Shown: positions 32,497 to 44,283 of the stretch, piece by piece
Layout of the letters: each line of letters begins with the position of its first letter
Numbering within the stretch: the stretch's first letter is position 1
Assembly: GCA_051599415.1 (NCBI GenBank)
Contig: AP039709.1
Location: 62,001 to 126,000, forward strand
Direction: 5' to 3'
Length of the DNA: 64,000 bases
Origin: Savitreella phatthalungensis
Taxonomy: Eukaryota
The notes under the pieces: model-generated
Database searches by the model: none
Seen by the model: only the letters and a program-made list of their open reading frames with translations
What the model was told of the DNA's origin: nothing
Program-made: the position numbers and the translations under genes

Positions 32497-34188
32497 CTAA
32501 GTTGAGGAGGAGGGTGGCGGCTGCGTGCGCACGCGCTCTAGAACGTTGATGGCTCTGCCCACGGCATTGTGAACAGCACGTAGCGCTCGTACTCTCGTCT
32601 CGACCATTGTCCTGGTCGTCCGATCTGCCGCGTCAAAGTCGATCGCCTCGGAAGGGTCCTGAAGCAGTTGATCGATCGCCGCGAGCTCATCCTCGAGCTC
32701 GCCTTCGCGCGCACGTGATGGCTGCCCTGCGGCTGCAGGCGAGATAATCGCTGGCGAGTCGAAGAGCGGAATGATTGGCGGTGGTCTCCAATCCGTGCCA
32801 GAGCCAGACGAGTTGAGCCTGGCCGATCGTGGCCGTTCCCGTTCGGCAGGTTGTGTAGGCATGGGTAGTTCAGGTAGGATGACCCAGCCTGGCGGCAATG
32901 TGAAGCCTGGCGGTAGATCGATTTGCGGCTGCAACCCAGGCGGAGTCTGTACGCGTGAAGCATCGTTGACATGCGAATTTGTCGCCGTCGAAGGCCGATC
33001 ATTCGCAATGCCAGCCGCAGCTGCAGCCGGCGCAGTGGCGTCAGGTGCAGGTTGTGCAGGCTCACGCACAAACTGTGGCACGGGCTGAACGGGAAGAGGT
33101 GGCAATGTCGGCGCTCTCGCTGGTCTCGGACTTTCAAGCACGGGTCGTCGACACATCGGACAGCTCTGCTGTCTCTCTAGCCAGCTTCTCAGACAACGCA
33201 GGTGCAGGATATGACCGCACGGCAGCTTCTTCGGCTTGTCGAGCGTAGCCTGCTGTGTAGTGCCCTCCGCCCGTGCCTCGCTCGCATGCACCATGTCGTC
33301 CCGGCAGACAATACACGTCTTGTCTCCAGTGGCATCCAGCTCGCTCACTGTAGCGTCCGGATATTGTGCGTCCATATTGCTCGTGGCCCTCCTGAAGCGC
33401 ATAAAGTTGGCGCACTTGCTCGTGAATGATCGCATCGTGACATACAGGTCTCGGATGATGTGAAGGGGCAAGCCGTAGAATGTGAGAATGGTGGCGAAGA
33501 AGCCCAGGTATGTGACGAGCTTGACAAACTCACAGACGAGCTCCAGATAGAATGTGTACAGCGACTTGTTGTCCCATGGCTCTGGCTGACGGGTTTCTGC
33601 CAGGTTCAAAGCGTACTTGCCCGCGATGGCTAAGGCTGAGCTGGCTAGAATGGTAAACTCAAACGCAAACATGATCATCACATTCGGTCCTCTTGAAAGA
33701 ACATGCTCCATGCATAGCTTGACGAGGCCAAAATCGATAGTGAGCAGCAGGCCAATACAGGTCAGCATTCTGGCGTGGAACTTCCAAGCGACCTCTGGCG
33801 TCTGCTCCATGAATTCCACCCTGTCCTGAGCGAGCCAGTGGAAGATCTTGAGGAACAAAAGAGCGGTGAAGAAGACAAAGAAGCGAGAATCAAACTCGTC
33901 TCTGAAAATGGTCATTGCCAGGCATGTCTCTGTGACAGCATACCAAGCACGCTCGTAAAGGTGCTCGGTCTCGATAGCGCGTAGTCGTCCAAACAGCAAG
34001 GTCTGCAAAAGCTTGCCAAGCATGAATGTCATGCACAAAAACATGTTGGTGAGCACCATCAGACATGCTGAAGACTGCGACAGATATACGCAGCTCGCGT
34101 AGAAATTCGGTCGCTTCTCGAAAGCGTTAAGAATGACTGCAGCTGTGACAGCCGTGGACAGAGCGCAATACCCGAGCGCGCGACTCAT
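32497..34188 (-). CDS. HRD1: ERAD E3 ubiquitin ligase Hrd1 (synoviolin)
   Basis: Multi-TM N-terminus with LYERAWYAVTETCLAMTIFR and YGLPLHIIRD. RING-H2 CIVC..CGHILH..C..WLERQQSCPMC. Pro-rich tail. Confidence 0.97.
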   Translation of the reverse strand: MSRALGYCALSTAVTAAVILNAFEKRPNFYASCVYLSQSSACLMVLTNMFLCMTFMLGKLLQTLLFGRLRAIETEHLYERAWYAVTETCLAMTIFRDEFDSRFFVFFTALLFLKIFHWLAQDRVEFMEQTPEVAWKFHARMLTCIGLLLTIDFGLVKLCMEHVLSRGPNVMIMFAFEFTILASSALAIAGKYALNLAETRQPEPWDNKSLYTFYLELVCEFVKLVTYLGFFATILTFYGLPLHIIRDLYVTMRSFTSKCANFMRFRRATSNMDAQYPDATVSELDATGDKTCIVCRDDMVHASEARAEGTTQQATLDKPKKLPCGHILHLRCLRSWLERQQSCPMCRRPVLESPRPARAPTLPPLPVQPVPQFVREPAQPAPDATAPAAAAAGIANDRPSTATNSHVNDASRVQTPPGLQPQIDLPPGFTLPPGWVILPELPMPTQPAERERPRSARLNSSGSGTDWRPPPIIPLFDSPAIISPAAAGQPSRAREGELEDELAAIDQLLQDPSEAIDFDAADRTTRTMVETRVRALRAVHNAVGRAINVLERVRTQPPPSSST

Positions 34189-35084
34189 TGTGACGGCAGT
34201 TAGTCAAAGATTGAGTTAAAGCGAGTGAATCGTGAGATCATATCGTTAAGCGCTCAACATGCCTCCTATCGAGATGAATTTGAAGCAGAGTTCCCAAGGA
34301 TCTCGTGTGAGAGATGTGGCCAGCACGTCGTCTTTGACTACGATGTCATCAATCACGTGCGAACCTACCAGATGTCAGCCACAATATATCGTGCACGTGC
34401 TTGAATAGCTACTCTCATCTGCACACTAGCCACGAATTCGAAGCCTATGGCCATTCAGCCAATCGCCTTCGAGGAACAGCAATGCCATACATGAGTGAAG
34501 GCGCTCAGATAGAGTACTCTATCAGCCACGCCGATCATCAACTTCCATCCTCGAAAAGCTGGTCATGAAGTTGTGTTCAGTTTGGCCTTGCACAGATATG
34601 ACACTTGTACATCCTCCCCGCAGTAAGTTGCATCTCACACAGACCACGTACAGACAGAATCGCACAACTGGCTAATTTTACAAATCAGCAGTGCTCAGGC
34701 CATACACACACATATCCATGTTTGTACCTCCATATCTGTATCTGTACCTGCCCTAAGTTGAAGATCACCGAGACCTGTCACGGAAACTATCTGTCACAGG
34801 AACTACTCCTCCACGGATCTCATCAACCATCAGCTCAGCACACACAGTCACAGCTCTCGAGCATTCATCTACCCGCCAATCTACTCAAGCGGGACTAAAT
34901 CCTACCTTCTCCACAATATCCCAGTCAGTGGCACACCGTACATCGTTCATCATTCAACCAGCCTGTGTTTCTGGACAAAAAGACACGTAGCATACTCAAT
35001 CGACAACTCCATCCTCCCTGACAATTCAAGAACATCCTCACCTGCACATTTCTCCGTCTTTGATCTTTTGTACTACTCGCAGAC

Positions 35085-36521
35085 ATGGCAGTAGCTTCAA
35101 AAGCAGGAGGAGTCCTGGCGGCAAAGGATGAAAAGCGAATCATCAGAACAGTCTTCATTGCACTGCTTCTCGATATTCTCGCATTCACCATGATTCTTCC
35201 GCTGTTCCCAGAGATGATCAACTTCTACCGTGCACAGGAAGTCGACAAGGGCAGAGAGACCGTGCTTAGTCATGTCCTCTGGCAGCTCAATAGACTGAAG
35301 ACGCACATCTCGCACCGTGCAGTCGTCTCCTCTCGATTCGATACCGTCCTTCTCGGCGGTCTAGTCGGCTCACTCTTCTCCTTCCTCCAGTTCATCGCTT
35401 CACCGATCATCGGACGGATGTCTGATCGGAGAGGACGCCGATACACGTTGCTTGCGACCATGTGGGGTAATATCTTATCGACCGCAATCTGGTGCTTCGC
35501 ATCTACCTTCTCCACCTTCCTCCTGGCCCGTGTCGTCGGAGGTCTGAGCGAGGGCAATGTTCAGCTCTCGATTGCGATTATGTCTGACGTCACAAGCGAT
35601 GCGAATCGGTCAAAGGCACTCGCACTCGTCGGCATCGCCTTCTCTGTCGGCTTCACGGTCGGCCCAGCGATCGGCGCCTTCATGGCCAGGTACAACATCA
35701 CGGGCATCAAGCTTGGAGGCGAGGTCTTCAACCCTTTCTCCGTCGCTGCAGCGATGTGTCTTGCATTGCTCATTATCGAAACACTCTACCTGTACATCGC
35801 TCTGCCGGAAACCCACCTGATCGAGGCCGCGGCGAAGACAAAGACAACGACCAAGGAAGATGAGGGCAAGAATCTCGCTGTCCATGCCGATGCCGCAGTC
35901 ACTCGTCGCAGACTGAGGAATGCATCGGCAGCTCACTTTGCTCATCTCTTCCTCTTCTCTGGCATGGAATTCTCCCTGACATTCCTCACTTTTGAGCTCT
36001 TCCATTTCAGCAGTGCGCAGAATGGCCGACTACTTGGGTTTATCGGTATCTTCGCGTCCCTGATCCAGGGAGGTTACATTCGCCGCAAGAAGTCTCTGTC
36101 TCCCAACAACGATCTCTCACTTTCGAACCAGGGCGTAACGACCTGCTTGGCGGCCTTCATCCTCCTTGCTCTTGTTACACCTGAGCGTGGACAAGGCCTG
36201 CTGTGGGCTGGAGGTGCATGCTTGAGTTTCACTTCAGCGACCGTCGTCAACTGTCTGACTGCGTACTGCTCCAAGGTCTGCGATCCGAAGACTCGCGGAA
36301 CTCAGATGGGCCAGTTCCGATCTTGGGGCCAGCTGGGCAGATCCCTTGGCCCGATCCTCTGCTGCGGTCTCTACTGGTTCCTCGGCAAGACCCAGGCTTA
36401 CACGCTCATGTCCGTAGCCTACGCCGTCTTTTTCTTGTGGTTCAACCTCGTCGTCAAGGGATACGAGCGTCGTCTCTCAGCTGCCACCACCCAGCAGCTC
36501 AAGCAGAAGAAGACGACCTGA
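35085..36521 (+). CDS. MFS transporter (TetA/MFSD10-like)
   Basis: GRMSDRRGRR motif A, GGLSEGNVQ, GFTVGPAIG and FSGMEFSL. Confidence 0.92.
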   Translation: MAVASKAGGVLAAKDEKRIIRTVFIALLLDILAFTMILPLFPEMINFYRAQEVDKGRETVLSHVLWQLNRLKTHISHRAVVSSRFDTVLLGGLVGSLFSFLQFIASPIIGRMSDRRGRRYTLLATMWGNILSTAIWCFASTFSTFLLARVVGGLSEGNVQLSIAIMSDVTSDANRSKALALVGIAFSVGFTVGPAIGAFMARYNITGIKLGGEVFNPFSVAAAMCLALLIIETLYLYIALPETHLIEAAAKTKTTTKEDEGKNLAVHADAAVTRRRLRNASAAHFAHLFLFSGMEFSLTFLTFELFHFSSAQNGRLLGFIGIFASLIQGGYIRRKKSLSPNNDLSLSNQGVTTCLAAFILLALVTPERGQGLLWAGGACLSFTSATVVNCLTAYCSKVCDPKTRGTQMGQFRSWGQLGRSLGPILCCGLYWFLGKTQAYTLMSVAYAVFFLWFNLVVKGYERRLSAATTQQLKQKKTT

Positions 36522-36662
36522 GCGGCATGTCTTCACCAGCCAATAAAAAAAAGGATATGAAGGAATAAGTAGTCGAATTAGTTCTGTAAGCATCCGGTCA
36601 TAGCATATCTCATTATAGCATGATAGCCTAAAGCGTCCTTCTCTGAACCAATGTCTTCCGGC

Positions 36663-36989
36663 TCATGTACCCTCGAGTCGGCGCATCTTGACAACAAGCT
36701 CTTTACTCCACTCATCCATCTGATCGACGAGTTTCCCAAGTGAGGCGACCTTTTCGAGCAAATCGTCCGCCTGAGCGACGTACTTGGCAATCTCAGCTTG
36801 TTTCTCTCTAAGGAACGCGCCGTCGACATTCAACCCTCCAGCAGCAGCGTTCATCCGCTCGTACGCCTCGACAGAAGATTCATTCTCATCTGTCAGGCGA
36901 TCTAATGCAGCACACCGAGAAGTCGACTGCTCAGCTTGGGTGGAGACGACCTGCCTCAGAACCGACTCGATCTCACGCGCGCTAGACAT
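36663..36989 (-). CDS. BLOC-1 subunit 2 (BLOC1S2/BLOS2)-like coiled-coil protein
   Basis: 108 aa. C-terminal YVAQADDLLEKVASLGKLVDQMDEWSKELVVKMRRL parallels BLOC1S2. Confidence 0.75.
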   Translation of the reverse strand: MSSAREIESVLRQVVSTQAEQSTSRCAALDRLTDENESSVEAYERMNAAAGGLNVDGAFLREKQAEIAKYVAQADDLLEKVASLGKLVDQMDEWSKELVVKMRRLEGT

Positions 36990-37118
36990 TGGCAGAGAAG
37001 GGTAAGGCAAGACTTTGGAGAGGACAGAGGATAGGTCGTTCTAGGTTCTGTGCATCTGGACTTGGTAGTGAAGTAGTAGGATGTAGTACATGCATCTGTG
37101 TGATGTGGCAGGTGTATG

Positions 37119-37144
37119 CATCCATCCATCCATCCATCCATCCA
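37119..37144. repeat. (CATC)n tetranucleotide microsatellite
   Basis: About 6 perfect CATC units. Confidence 0.9.
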
Positions 37145-37516
37145 CCCATCATCCCGTGATCACGAGTTTATGTCTTCAAAAAGAGATATCAGATATTAGA
37201 TCTGTAAAATTTATATATCAGCTGGATATATGATATCGATGTGGATATATGGATGCAGGATTTACCAAGCTTGAAATGCGCGAGAAACATATAGAAAAGC
37301 ACGTGTACTCATTTTGTCAAATTCATTCAAAGGTGATAGCTAAATTTATAGATCACGATCGATTTTAGTGAATGCATCAAGTCAGCAGCAGAGATAAATT
37401 TATCTCATATTCATTCACACGTACATCATCACTCTCACCAACTCTCTACCAGCTCTTTACAGACCTTACAAGACATCATCCAACCTTCTAAGCTCTGTCT
37501 TTTCCTCTAACAAGCG

Positions 37517-38314
37517 ATGTCTTCAAGAAATATGATGCGTTCAATCATGCGTATCCCACTCTCACAACGGCCCACACGGTGTCTCGGTCTTCTAAACACC
37601 CAAGTCACCGCCAAGAGAACGTATGCGGATTCTACCACCAAAGCAGGTGAACAAGCTCAGAAAGCTGCAGAGGAAACATTCACAGAGACGTCTACAACGA
37701 CTGGGGATGCCGGTACTGGCAAGACCTCAGCCTCGGAGAAGCCTGCAAGTGAGTCCAATACCGCCACACCGGAGACGAAAGGTGTGCCTGCATCTGAAGG
37801 CACCGCTTCGGACGCCGCATCGTCTGCAGCTGCAGAGAAGATGGAGGCAACAGAGAAGCAGCTCGCAGAGTTCAAGGACAAGTACATCCGCCAAGTTGCC
37901 GAGTACCGGAATCTGCAGTCGCGGAACGAGCGTGAACTGACCTCCGCTCGTGACTTTGCCATCCAGAAATTTGCAAAGGATCTGATCGAGACGGTCGACA
38001 ACTTGGACAGGGCGCTGTCTACTGTTCCTGAGAACCTGCGTGAGGACAAGACCAACCACCCGGATCTCGCGAGTCTGTACGGCGGTCTGCGTATGACGGA
38101 AGGGATTTTGCTGAGGACGCTCGAGAAGCACGGTCTGAAGAAGTTTGATGGTATGGGCGACAAGTTCAACCCGAATTTGCACGAGGTCCTGTACGAGGCA
38201 CCTGTCCCAGGAAAGGAGGCAGGCACCATCATCCAGTGCCAATCCACAGGCTTCACACTCAACGGACGCACCATCCGCGCAGCCAAAGTAGGTGTCGCAA
38301 AGGCAACCGAATAA
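37517..38314 (+). CDS. MGE1: Mitochondrial GrpE co-chaperone Mge1
   Basis: Presequence, FAIQKFAKDL, FNPNLHE and GFTLNGRTIRAAKVGV. Confidence 0.97.
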   Translation: MSSRNMMRSIMRIPLSQRPTRCLGLLNTQVTAKRTYADSTTKAGEQAQKAAEETFTETSTTTGDAGTGKTSASEKPASESNTATPETKGVPASEGTASDAASSAAAEKMEATEKQLAEFKDKYIRQVAEYRNLQSRNERELTSARDFAIQKFAKDLIETVDNLDRALSTVPENLREDKTNHPDLASLYGGLRMTEGILLRTLEKHGLKKFDGMGDKFNPNLHEVLYEAPVPGKEAGTIIQCQSTGFTLNGRTIRAAKVGVAKATE

Positions 38315-38469
38315 TGACCCACAAACCTTTCATATCGCCCTTACTCACAACACAAGGGAAACACCCCCACTCTTCAAACATGTCCCCTATCGGTCGTCAT
38401 TCATGAATAGCCGAGCTATAGTCACTGTACAGTATATTTGCATCATCAAACCCATCCGACTGAGCAACG

Positions 38470-39846
38470 TTATCGAAGCTCGACGCCGAGCTCGGCCGCA
38501 AGGCGTTGGCGAATCCGGTCTTGAAGCTTGCCGATCTCCTCGTTAGACAAAGACCTCTCCATGCTGCGGTATGTGATCCTGTAGCACCGCGACTCCCTGT
38601 TCTTGGCCGGCTGCTCAAATTTGTCGACTAGCTTGACAGTCTCGACAAGGTCGCCACCTTCATCTCTGACGACTTCCATCAGATCGTTCTCCTGGAACGC
38701 GACACCCGTCTTGGTGTCTGCCGGGACCCAGAACGAGACGTCCTGGATATTTGGCGGGTACTTGGAGAATGGCTTAAAGTGGGAGACTTTTCCTGCGCTG
38801 AATTGAGAGAGGAACCGCTTGTCAAGCGACCAGAAGAGCCTTATATCAGGCACCCCGAACAACACCATCGCCAGCCTCTCCAACCCCAATCCAAACGCCC
38901 AAGCAATCTCATCAGACCTGCCAGCACGCGTCATTACCTCGTGCGTCGTCACACCGCACCCACACAACTCCAACCACTCACCCTCCCAAAGCACCTCGAG
39001 CTCCCACGACGGGGAGGTGAATGGAAAATACGCCTCGATCCACCTGACCCTGAGCGGTTCGTCCCGGGTAGGCGTGAGTCCCGCTGCGCGAGCAGCCTGG
39101 TGCTTGGCGTCCTTGGCTGCGCCGAAGATGCCGACTGCGATGTGCTCGAGTGTGCGCTTAAGGTGTTTAGCAACTGCGACTGCGAGGTCCCTGTTGTGGT
39201 CACGCTGAATCGGATTGCGGTCCGGGTGGAATGGAGGGTTGTCATCCTCAACCACCATCTCCAACTTCGCCATCCCCTCAACCTCCTTCTCAATCTCCCT
39301 CACCAGCAACCCGACATCCCTAGGCACCCGCCACCGACGCGCACCCTCCATCTGGTGAAACACAGGGTAGTGACTCCGATCGATCTCATCACGACGGTAC
39401 ACGTCCGCGGCCACGAGGAACCCAGGCTTATCGCACTCGCGGAATAGATCGACCTGGTGCGCAGAGGTGTGAGTGCGGAGGACGTGGTGTGCGTCGACGT
39501 AGTAGGTATCTGATTTGCTCCTGCCTACGTGGTCGCTAGGGAACCCGAGCGAGTCGAAGTTCTGCCGGACACTGACGACCGCAGGCAGGAGGTTGTAGTA
39601 CGCGTATAGGTGGGAAGGCATCTGCGCCTCGATGTGAGACCGCAGGATACCCAGCGGGTGATCTGCCTCCAGGTGCAGCTTGCGCTCTGTCAGCCGCACC
39701 ACAGACTCCGGCACATTCGTCCACCCATCACGGACGTGATCCTGCCCGAGGATCCGGAGAGTGCTCTGCCGCCGGAGGCTGTTACAGCACGACGTGCATC
39801 CTCGAAGCTGCAGGAATGCGCGTGAGGTCTGTCGAAGGACCGACAT
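38470..39846 (-). CDS. MSF1: Mitochondrial phenylalanyl-tRNA synthetase
   Basis: [48 protein letters not shown] and the FDX-ACB C-terminus. Confidence 0.97.
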   Translation of the reverse strand: MSVLRQTSRAFLQLRGCTSCCNSLRRQSTLRILGQDHVRDGWTNVPESVVRLTERKLHLEADHPLGILRSHIEAQMPSHLYAYYNLLPAVVSVRQNFDSLGFPSDHVGRSKSDTYYVDAHHVLRTHTSAHQVDLFRECDKPGFLVAADVYRRDEIDRSHYPVFHQMEGARRWRVPRDVGLLVREIEKEVEGMAKLEMVVEDDNPPFHPDRNPIQRDHNRDLAVAVAKHLKRTLEHIAVGIFGAAKDAKHQAARAAGLTPTRDEPLRVRWIEAYFPFTSPSWELEVLWEGEWLELCGCGVTTHEVMTRAGRSDEIAWAFGLGLERLAMVLFGVPDIRLFWSLDKRFLSQFSAGKVSHFKPFSKYPPNIQDVSFWVPADTKTGVAFQENDLMEVVRDEGGDLVETVKLVDKFEQPAKNRESRCYRITYRSMERSLSNEEIGKLQDRIRQRLAAELGVELR

Positions 39847-40097
39847 GGCGAAGAGGCAACTTGCTGGAGAGCCCCTTGGTGTGTTTATACGGTGAAGATG
39901 AAGAAGACGGTTGACTGTGTGTGTGCATCACAAAAAAAAGAATCGAGTCAAGTAGAGTTTCACGTGCTTGTCGAGAAGAATAGGAAAATGCAACACCCAT
40001 ACAGCTATAGCTACGTTGAATCGCCAACACAAGAATACAAGCCTAGACAACGCAAATCGCATCGAGTGATAGAGTCCGGTCGGTGGTGTTCAAAACA

Positions 40098-40703
40098 ATG
40101 CTGAGAGCAGCAGTAGACCTGTTCAGGCCTAGCGCCGGCGTCTCATCTGTCAGACACGCCTCCCACCAGTATGCGCCTCGCCGAGTCGTCCACCGGAAAC
40201 CACACAAGGGGAAAGTACCGATCCCGATCGGCGGGTCCACGAAGGGATCGACCGTGTCGATCGGTGACTTTGGATTGAGGTTGAAGGACTCTGGTCAGCG
40301 TCTTAGCGCGAAGCAGCTCCAGGGCACAGAGGCTGTGATTCGACGGATCATCAAGGCCGAGAAGGGTGCTCGTGCGTTCCTCAGGCCCGTGTGTGATCTG
40401 GCAGTGTGCAGGAAGGGCAACGAGACGAGAATGGGCAAGGGCAAAGGTGATTTCGACCACTGGGCAACCCGCGTCTCGATCGGCAAAATCGTGTGGGAGA
40501 TCCAGGGAGCGTCAGAGGAGATCGCCAAGGAGGCGTTCAGGCAGGCAGCCATGAAACTCCCGGGCAAGTACGAGTTCGTCAGAAAGGGCGACCCACCGGT
40601 CGTTGGCAGACACCGTGTAGAGCTTGCAGCCACAGAAGCAGTCATCGTCGAAGACGGCGCCGCAGATGCACACGGGCAGGTAAAGATCGAGCTTGTCAGG
40701 TAG
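40098..40703 (+). CDS. MRPL16: Mitochondrial ribosomal protein uL16m
   Basis: RKPHKGKVP..GGSTKG, KGNETRMGKGKGDFDHWA and AAMKLPG. Confidence 0.96.
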   Translation: MLRAAVDLFRPSAGVSSVRHASHQYAPRRVVHRKPHKGKVPIPIGGSTKGSTVSIGDFGLRLKDSGQRLSAKQLQGTEAVIRRIIKAEKGARAFLRPVCDLAVCRKGNETRMGKGKGDFDHWATRVSIGKIVWEIQGASEEIAKEAFRQAAMKLPGKYEFVRKGDPPVVGRHRVELAATEAVIVEDGAADAHGQVKIELVR

Positions 40704-40848
40704 TCACGCAGGTGGAACATCAGTGCAGCACGACTTGAGTCTGTCTGATCTCTGCACGGCTCAAGAGACACTAACGACGCATCATGTACATAAATATGCA
40801 TTACATCAGGCAATTCTGATCTCTCCTTTCGTTTTCCGGGGATGAGTA

Positions 40849-41175
40849 TCACGCTCCCACATCTGGACCGCCACGCGTATATCCTTGAGCGACGCGTGCC
40901 TGTTCAGTCGAGAGGTTCTCGGCGCCCGTGGATTGTGTTGTGGAGGTGGTAGATCCTGTGGTGCCTGCGTTGGCTGTATGAGGCTGCTCCGAAGGCGCTC
41001 CTGAGATGCGGGTTGCCTGCTGTGTCTGGTCCAAGCCAGATCCGAAGTCACCGGAAGGAGCTTTGGCCCCTTCCTGCAGATCACCAGTCGTCGTGCCGTA
41101 TGCAGAAGAGTCAAATGCCCGATCACCTCCTGCATCGATCCGGTTGTCGGCATAGTTGACTGTCGTGTCGGACAT
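40849..41175 (-). CDS. Small hydrophilin-like protein (G/T/Q/S-rich)
   Basis: ATG in ATCATG context, 108 aa, almost no hydrophobic core. Ends QGYTRGGPDVGA. Confidence 0.65.
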   Translation of the reverse strand: MSDTTVNYADNRIDAGGDRAFDSSAYGTTTGDLQEGAKAPSGDFGSGLDQTQQATRISGAPSEQPHTANAGTTGSTTSTTQSTGAENLSTEQARVAQGYTRGGPDVGA

Positions 41176-41814
41176 GATGGTGGAAGTCTACAACTATAGG
41201 TCCAAAGCGAGGCGTCTCAGTACGGTCCTGATCTCTTGTCAGCGGATCTACTAGGTGAGAAGACCGAGAACTAGGATCGTATGTATGGTGCGTAGATTGT
41301 TGATCCACGGAGAGGTCGGGTGGAGGTCTCGATGGGGTGGGTAATTACGTGTATGTATGCCGTCATCGTACAAGCTCAGTAGCACGTGATCGACTTCCAT
41401 CGGTCGAGCGACACGTGTTAGACACCAAATTTCACGCCGTGGACCCCGGTACGTAGTGATGAAGCCACCATCATTCAGTACCTCTGTGGCTGAAGATAAT
41501 CATCATCTCCAGTGCTCGAGGTCTCCAAAGTCCCAGTTCGGAATTTTGTGCATTGACAAGTAAATTTTGGATTGATAGGGATGAATGAGCGTGGGAAGAA
41601 TCGATGAATTTTGGGTTGGATTGATTGTAGCAGAGTAACTACTGTGTACGACCACGTCTCAGAGCGCACATGCACGCAACGCTGAATGACCCGTAGGAGG
41701 ACCACCACTCAGCACATCCACAGACGCGCTTCTCAGTCATCCTCGACCTCACAAGTCAAGTCAAGTCAAATCATTTCTTCCTGATAACTTCATTCATCAC
41801 ATTTCACACAAAAG

Positions 41815-42285
41815 ATGCTTGTGCCAAAGGAGAACCGCAGAAAGATCTACGAGCAGCTGTTCAAGGACGGTGTGCTTGTTGCGAAGAAGGACTTCAACGC
41901 AGCAGAGTCACTTGAGCTCGCTGACGTGCCTAACCTCCAGGTCGTCAAGGTCTGCCAGTCACTGACCTCGAAGGGCTTCGTCAAGACCCAGTACTCATGG
42001 CAGTACTACTACTACTCCCTCACTGACGAGGGTATCGACCACCTTCGCGAGTGGCTCCACATCCCATCGGACATCGTCCCGGCCACCCACAAGCGCCAGG
42101 TCCGTCCTGCCGCTCCGAGAACCGTCGGCGGTGGACCCCGTGCAGGAGGACCCCGTCGCGGTGGAGACGATGACGGATACCGCCGCCGCAACGACTACAA
42201 CAGCGAGAAGAAGCAGGAAGGCGCAGAGGCAGGATTCGCACCTCAGTTCCGCGGCGGTCTCGGTGGTCGTCCTACCTCGTCGTAA
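41815..42285 (+). CDS. RPS10: 40S ribosomal protein S10 (eS10)
   Basis: LFKDGVLVAKKDF, VPNLQV, WQYYYY..LREWLHIP and an RG-rich tail. Confidence 0.98.
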   Translation: MLVPKENRRKIYEQLFKDGVLVAKKDFNAAESLELADVPNLQVVKVCQSLTSKGFVKTQYSWQYYYYSLTDEGIDHLREWLHIPSDIVPATHKRQVRPAAPRTVGGGPRAGGPRRGGDDDGYRRRNDYNSEKKQEGAEAGFAPQFRGGLGGRPTSS

Positions 42286-42534
42286 AAAACGGGACAGCCC
42301 TTTTGGTCAAACCCATACTGTCTCCATCTCGCATCTTTTAATGACTTGACTTTTCCATCAAAAATACATACACCCCAAACCACTCTCTAGGGTAGTCCCT
42401 TTCCTTTCCTCCCTCCCTTTCCCAAAATCCTCGAACGTCCTCGCATGAGTTTCCCCCCTTCCAACGCCATGTCCAATGTGTCCAGTCTGCAATGCATACA
42501 GTATATGAAATACAACGAATCTTTAAACTTAACC

Positions 42535-44283
42535 TCATGAAGACTCCCGTTCAAAGTTGAAGATCTTGCTTGGATTCATGAGGTCCAAGGGATCGATGGC
42601 GAGCTTGATCTTCTTCATGAGTCCGAGTGTCTCTGGACCGAGTTCCTGCTCGAGATACTTCTTCTTGACCATCCCGACGCCGTGCTCGCCTGTGCAGGTG
42701 CCGTCCATCTCGATTGCAGTCTCGACGAGTCTAGCGACTGCCTGCTTGACGGCGTTGACGACCTCCGGTTTCGTGTTGTCGTACAGGATGATGTTGTGGA
42801 GATTTCCGTCGCCCGCATGAGCGACGACTGATCCAACCACGCCGTACTTGTCATGAAGGTCTCCCATGGCCGCGTGTGCGGCCTCGCAGATATCAGGCAG
42901 CCTCGAAAGCGGCACAGTCATGTCTGTCGTCCAGACCACGTCTACCCCTTCCCTCTGGCGGTGCATGACACTCCAGAGCGCCTCCTTCCGTGCAGTCCAC
43001 ATCGCCTCACCTTCGACCTCGTCCCGCGCAAACATGAACGACCGACCTTTAGACTCAGTCACAAGCTTGCCTGCAGCCTTGATCTGGTCCTCCACTGCCG
43101 CCTGTCCGCCTGAGAACTTCATGAACAGGTGTGGGGTCTCCTCGTACCGCATGCCGCCACCGGCGGATTTCGACGAATCGCCACCGTCGGCCGCCTCGCC
43201 CTGCTGGTCGTTGACACACCTGATCTGGACATCGTCGAGGAGCTCGAGTGCGCCTACTGGGATGCCTGCGGCCATGATCTTTGACACTGCAGTGGCAGCA
43301 TCTCTAATGGAGTCGAATGGAGCAATTGCCACCCTCGTGATCTCCGGCCGGACTGTCAGTTTGAGGGTGGCCTCGGTCACGAGACCGAGCGTGCCCTCAC
43401 TCCCGACAAACAGCCGCGTCAGATCGTACCCAGCAGAAGACTTCCTCGGCCTGCGACGCGTCTTCACAATCGTCCCATCAGCAAGCACCACCGTCAAATT
43501 CAAGACCCACTCCTTCATCGTACCGTACCGTGCGGCATTCGTGCCGGAGCACCCTGTGCCAACCATTCCTCCGATCCTGGCGCCTGGTCCCGGGTCTGGT
43601 GGGAAGAACAAGTTTTTCTGCTTGAGGAAGGTGTCCAACTCCTGCCAGCCGACTGCCGGCTGGACGACGACATCGAGATCCTCAGGATGCAGTTCCAGGA
43701 TGCGATCCATGTTGCAGAAGTCCACACAGATGCCTCCCTTGGTTGCTGCAAAGTGTCCCTCGAGCGACGTGCCTCCGCTGTAGCCGATCATCGGCAGCCT
43801 GTACTTGTGACAGACCTTTGCGATATGTGCTACCTCGTCTGTCGACTCTGGAAACGCTACCGCGATAGGCCTCTCCTCCACGTTGTACGTCGACCAGGCC
43901 GAAATCCCATGCCGCTCAAGCTCCTCACCCTCAGTCGTCACCTTGTCCTCACCAAGCACAGCCGCCAGCTCAGGAAGCGCTCGTCGGAACTCATCGACAC
44001 CCCCATACGCGCGTACCTTCACATCGCCCTCCCCGACAATCGACGCGTTCTCCCTATCCGCCTCGGCAGCTCGCGAGCTCAGGAGGCCGATCGCGTACGT
44101 GCTGACGCCGGTCAAGGTGGATAGGAGGAGTGCTTTCGGTGTAGACCATTTGATTCGCTGCCTGCCGGCGCTCGGCCCAACGATGGGGTCTGTGAACTTC
44201 GGAGAAGACGATGCAAATCGCGAGCTCGTCCAGAAGCGCAAGCGTGGGCGAGCACCCCGAATACAAGCTCTCCCGAGAGACAT
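42535..44283 (-). CDS. DLD1: Mitochondrial D-lactate dehydrogenase (cytochrome), FAD-linked oxidase
   Basis: GGTSLEGH, FPPDPGPGA, GSEGTLG, HAGDGNLH and TGEHGVG. First ATG is at 44283. Confidence 0.94.
   Translation of the reverse strand: MSLGRACIRGARPRLRFWTSSRFASSSPKFTDPIVGPSAGRQRIKWSTPKALLLSTLTGVSTYAIGLLSSRAAEADRENASIVGEGDVKVRAYGGVDEFRRALPELAAVLGEDKVTTEGEELERHGISAWSTYNVEERPIAVAFPESTDEVAHIAKVCHKYRLPMIGYSGGTSLEGHFAATKGGICVDFCNMDRILELHPEDLDVVVQPAVGWQELDTFLKQKNLFFPPDPGPGARIGGMVGTGCSGTNAARYGTMKEWVLNLTVVLADGTIVKTRRRPRKSSAGYDLTRLFVGSEGTLGLVTEATLKLTVRPEITRVAIAPFDSIRDAATAVSKIMAAGIPVGALELLDDVQIRCVNDQQGEAADGGDSSKSAGGGMRYEETPHLFMKFSGGQAAVEDQIKAAGKLVTESKGRSFMFARDEVEGEAMWTARKEALWSVMHRQREGVDVVWTTDMTVPLSRLPDICEAAHAAMGDLHDKYGVVGSVVAHAGDGNLHNIILYDNTKPEVVNAVKQAVARLVETAIEMDGTCTGEHGVGMVKKKYLEQELGPETLGLMKKIKLAIDPLDLMNPSKIFNFERESS

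Noticed and set aside
41700..41814. HomolD/HomolE boxes upstream of RPS10
   Set aside because: Only a partial CAGTCA match, with no exact CAGTCACA or ACCCTACCCT.
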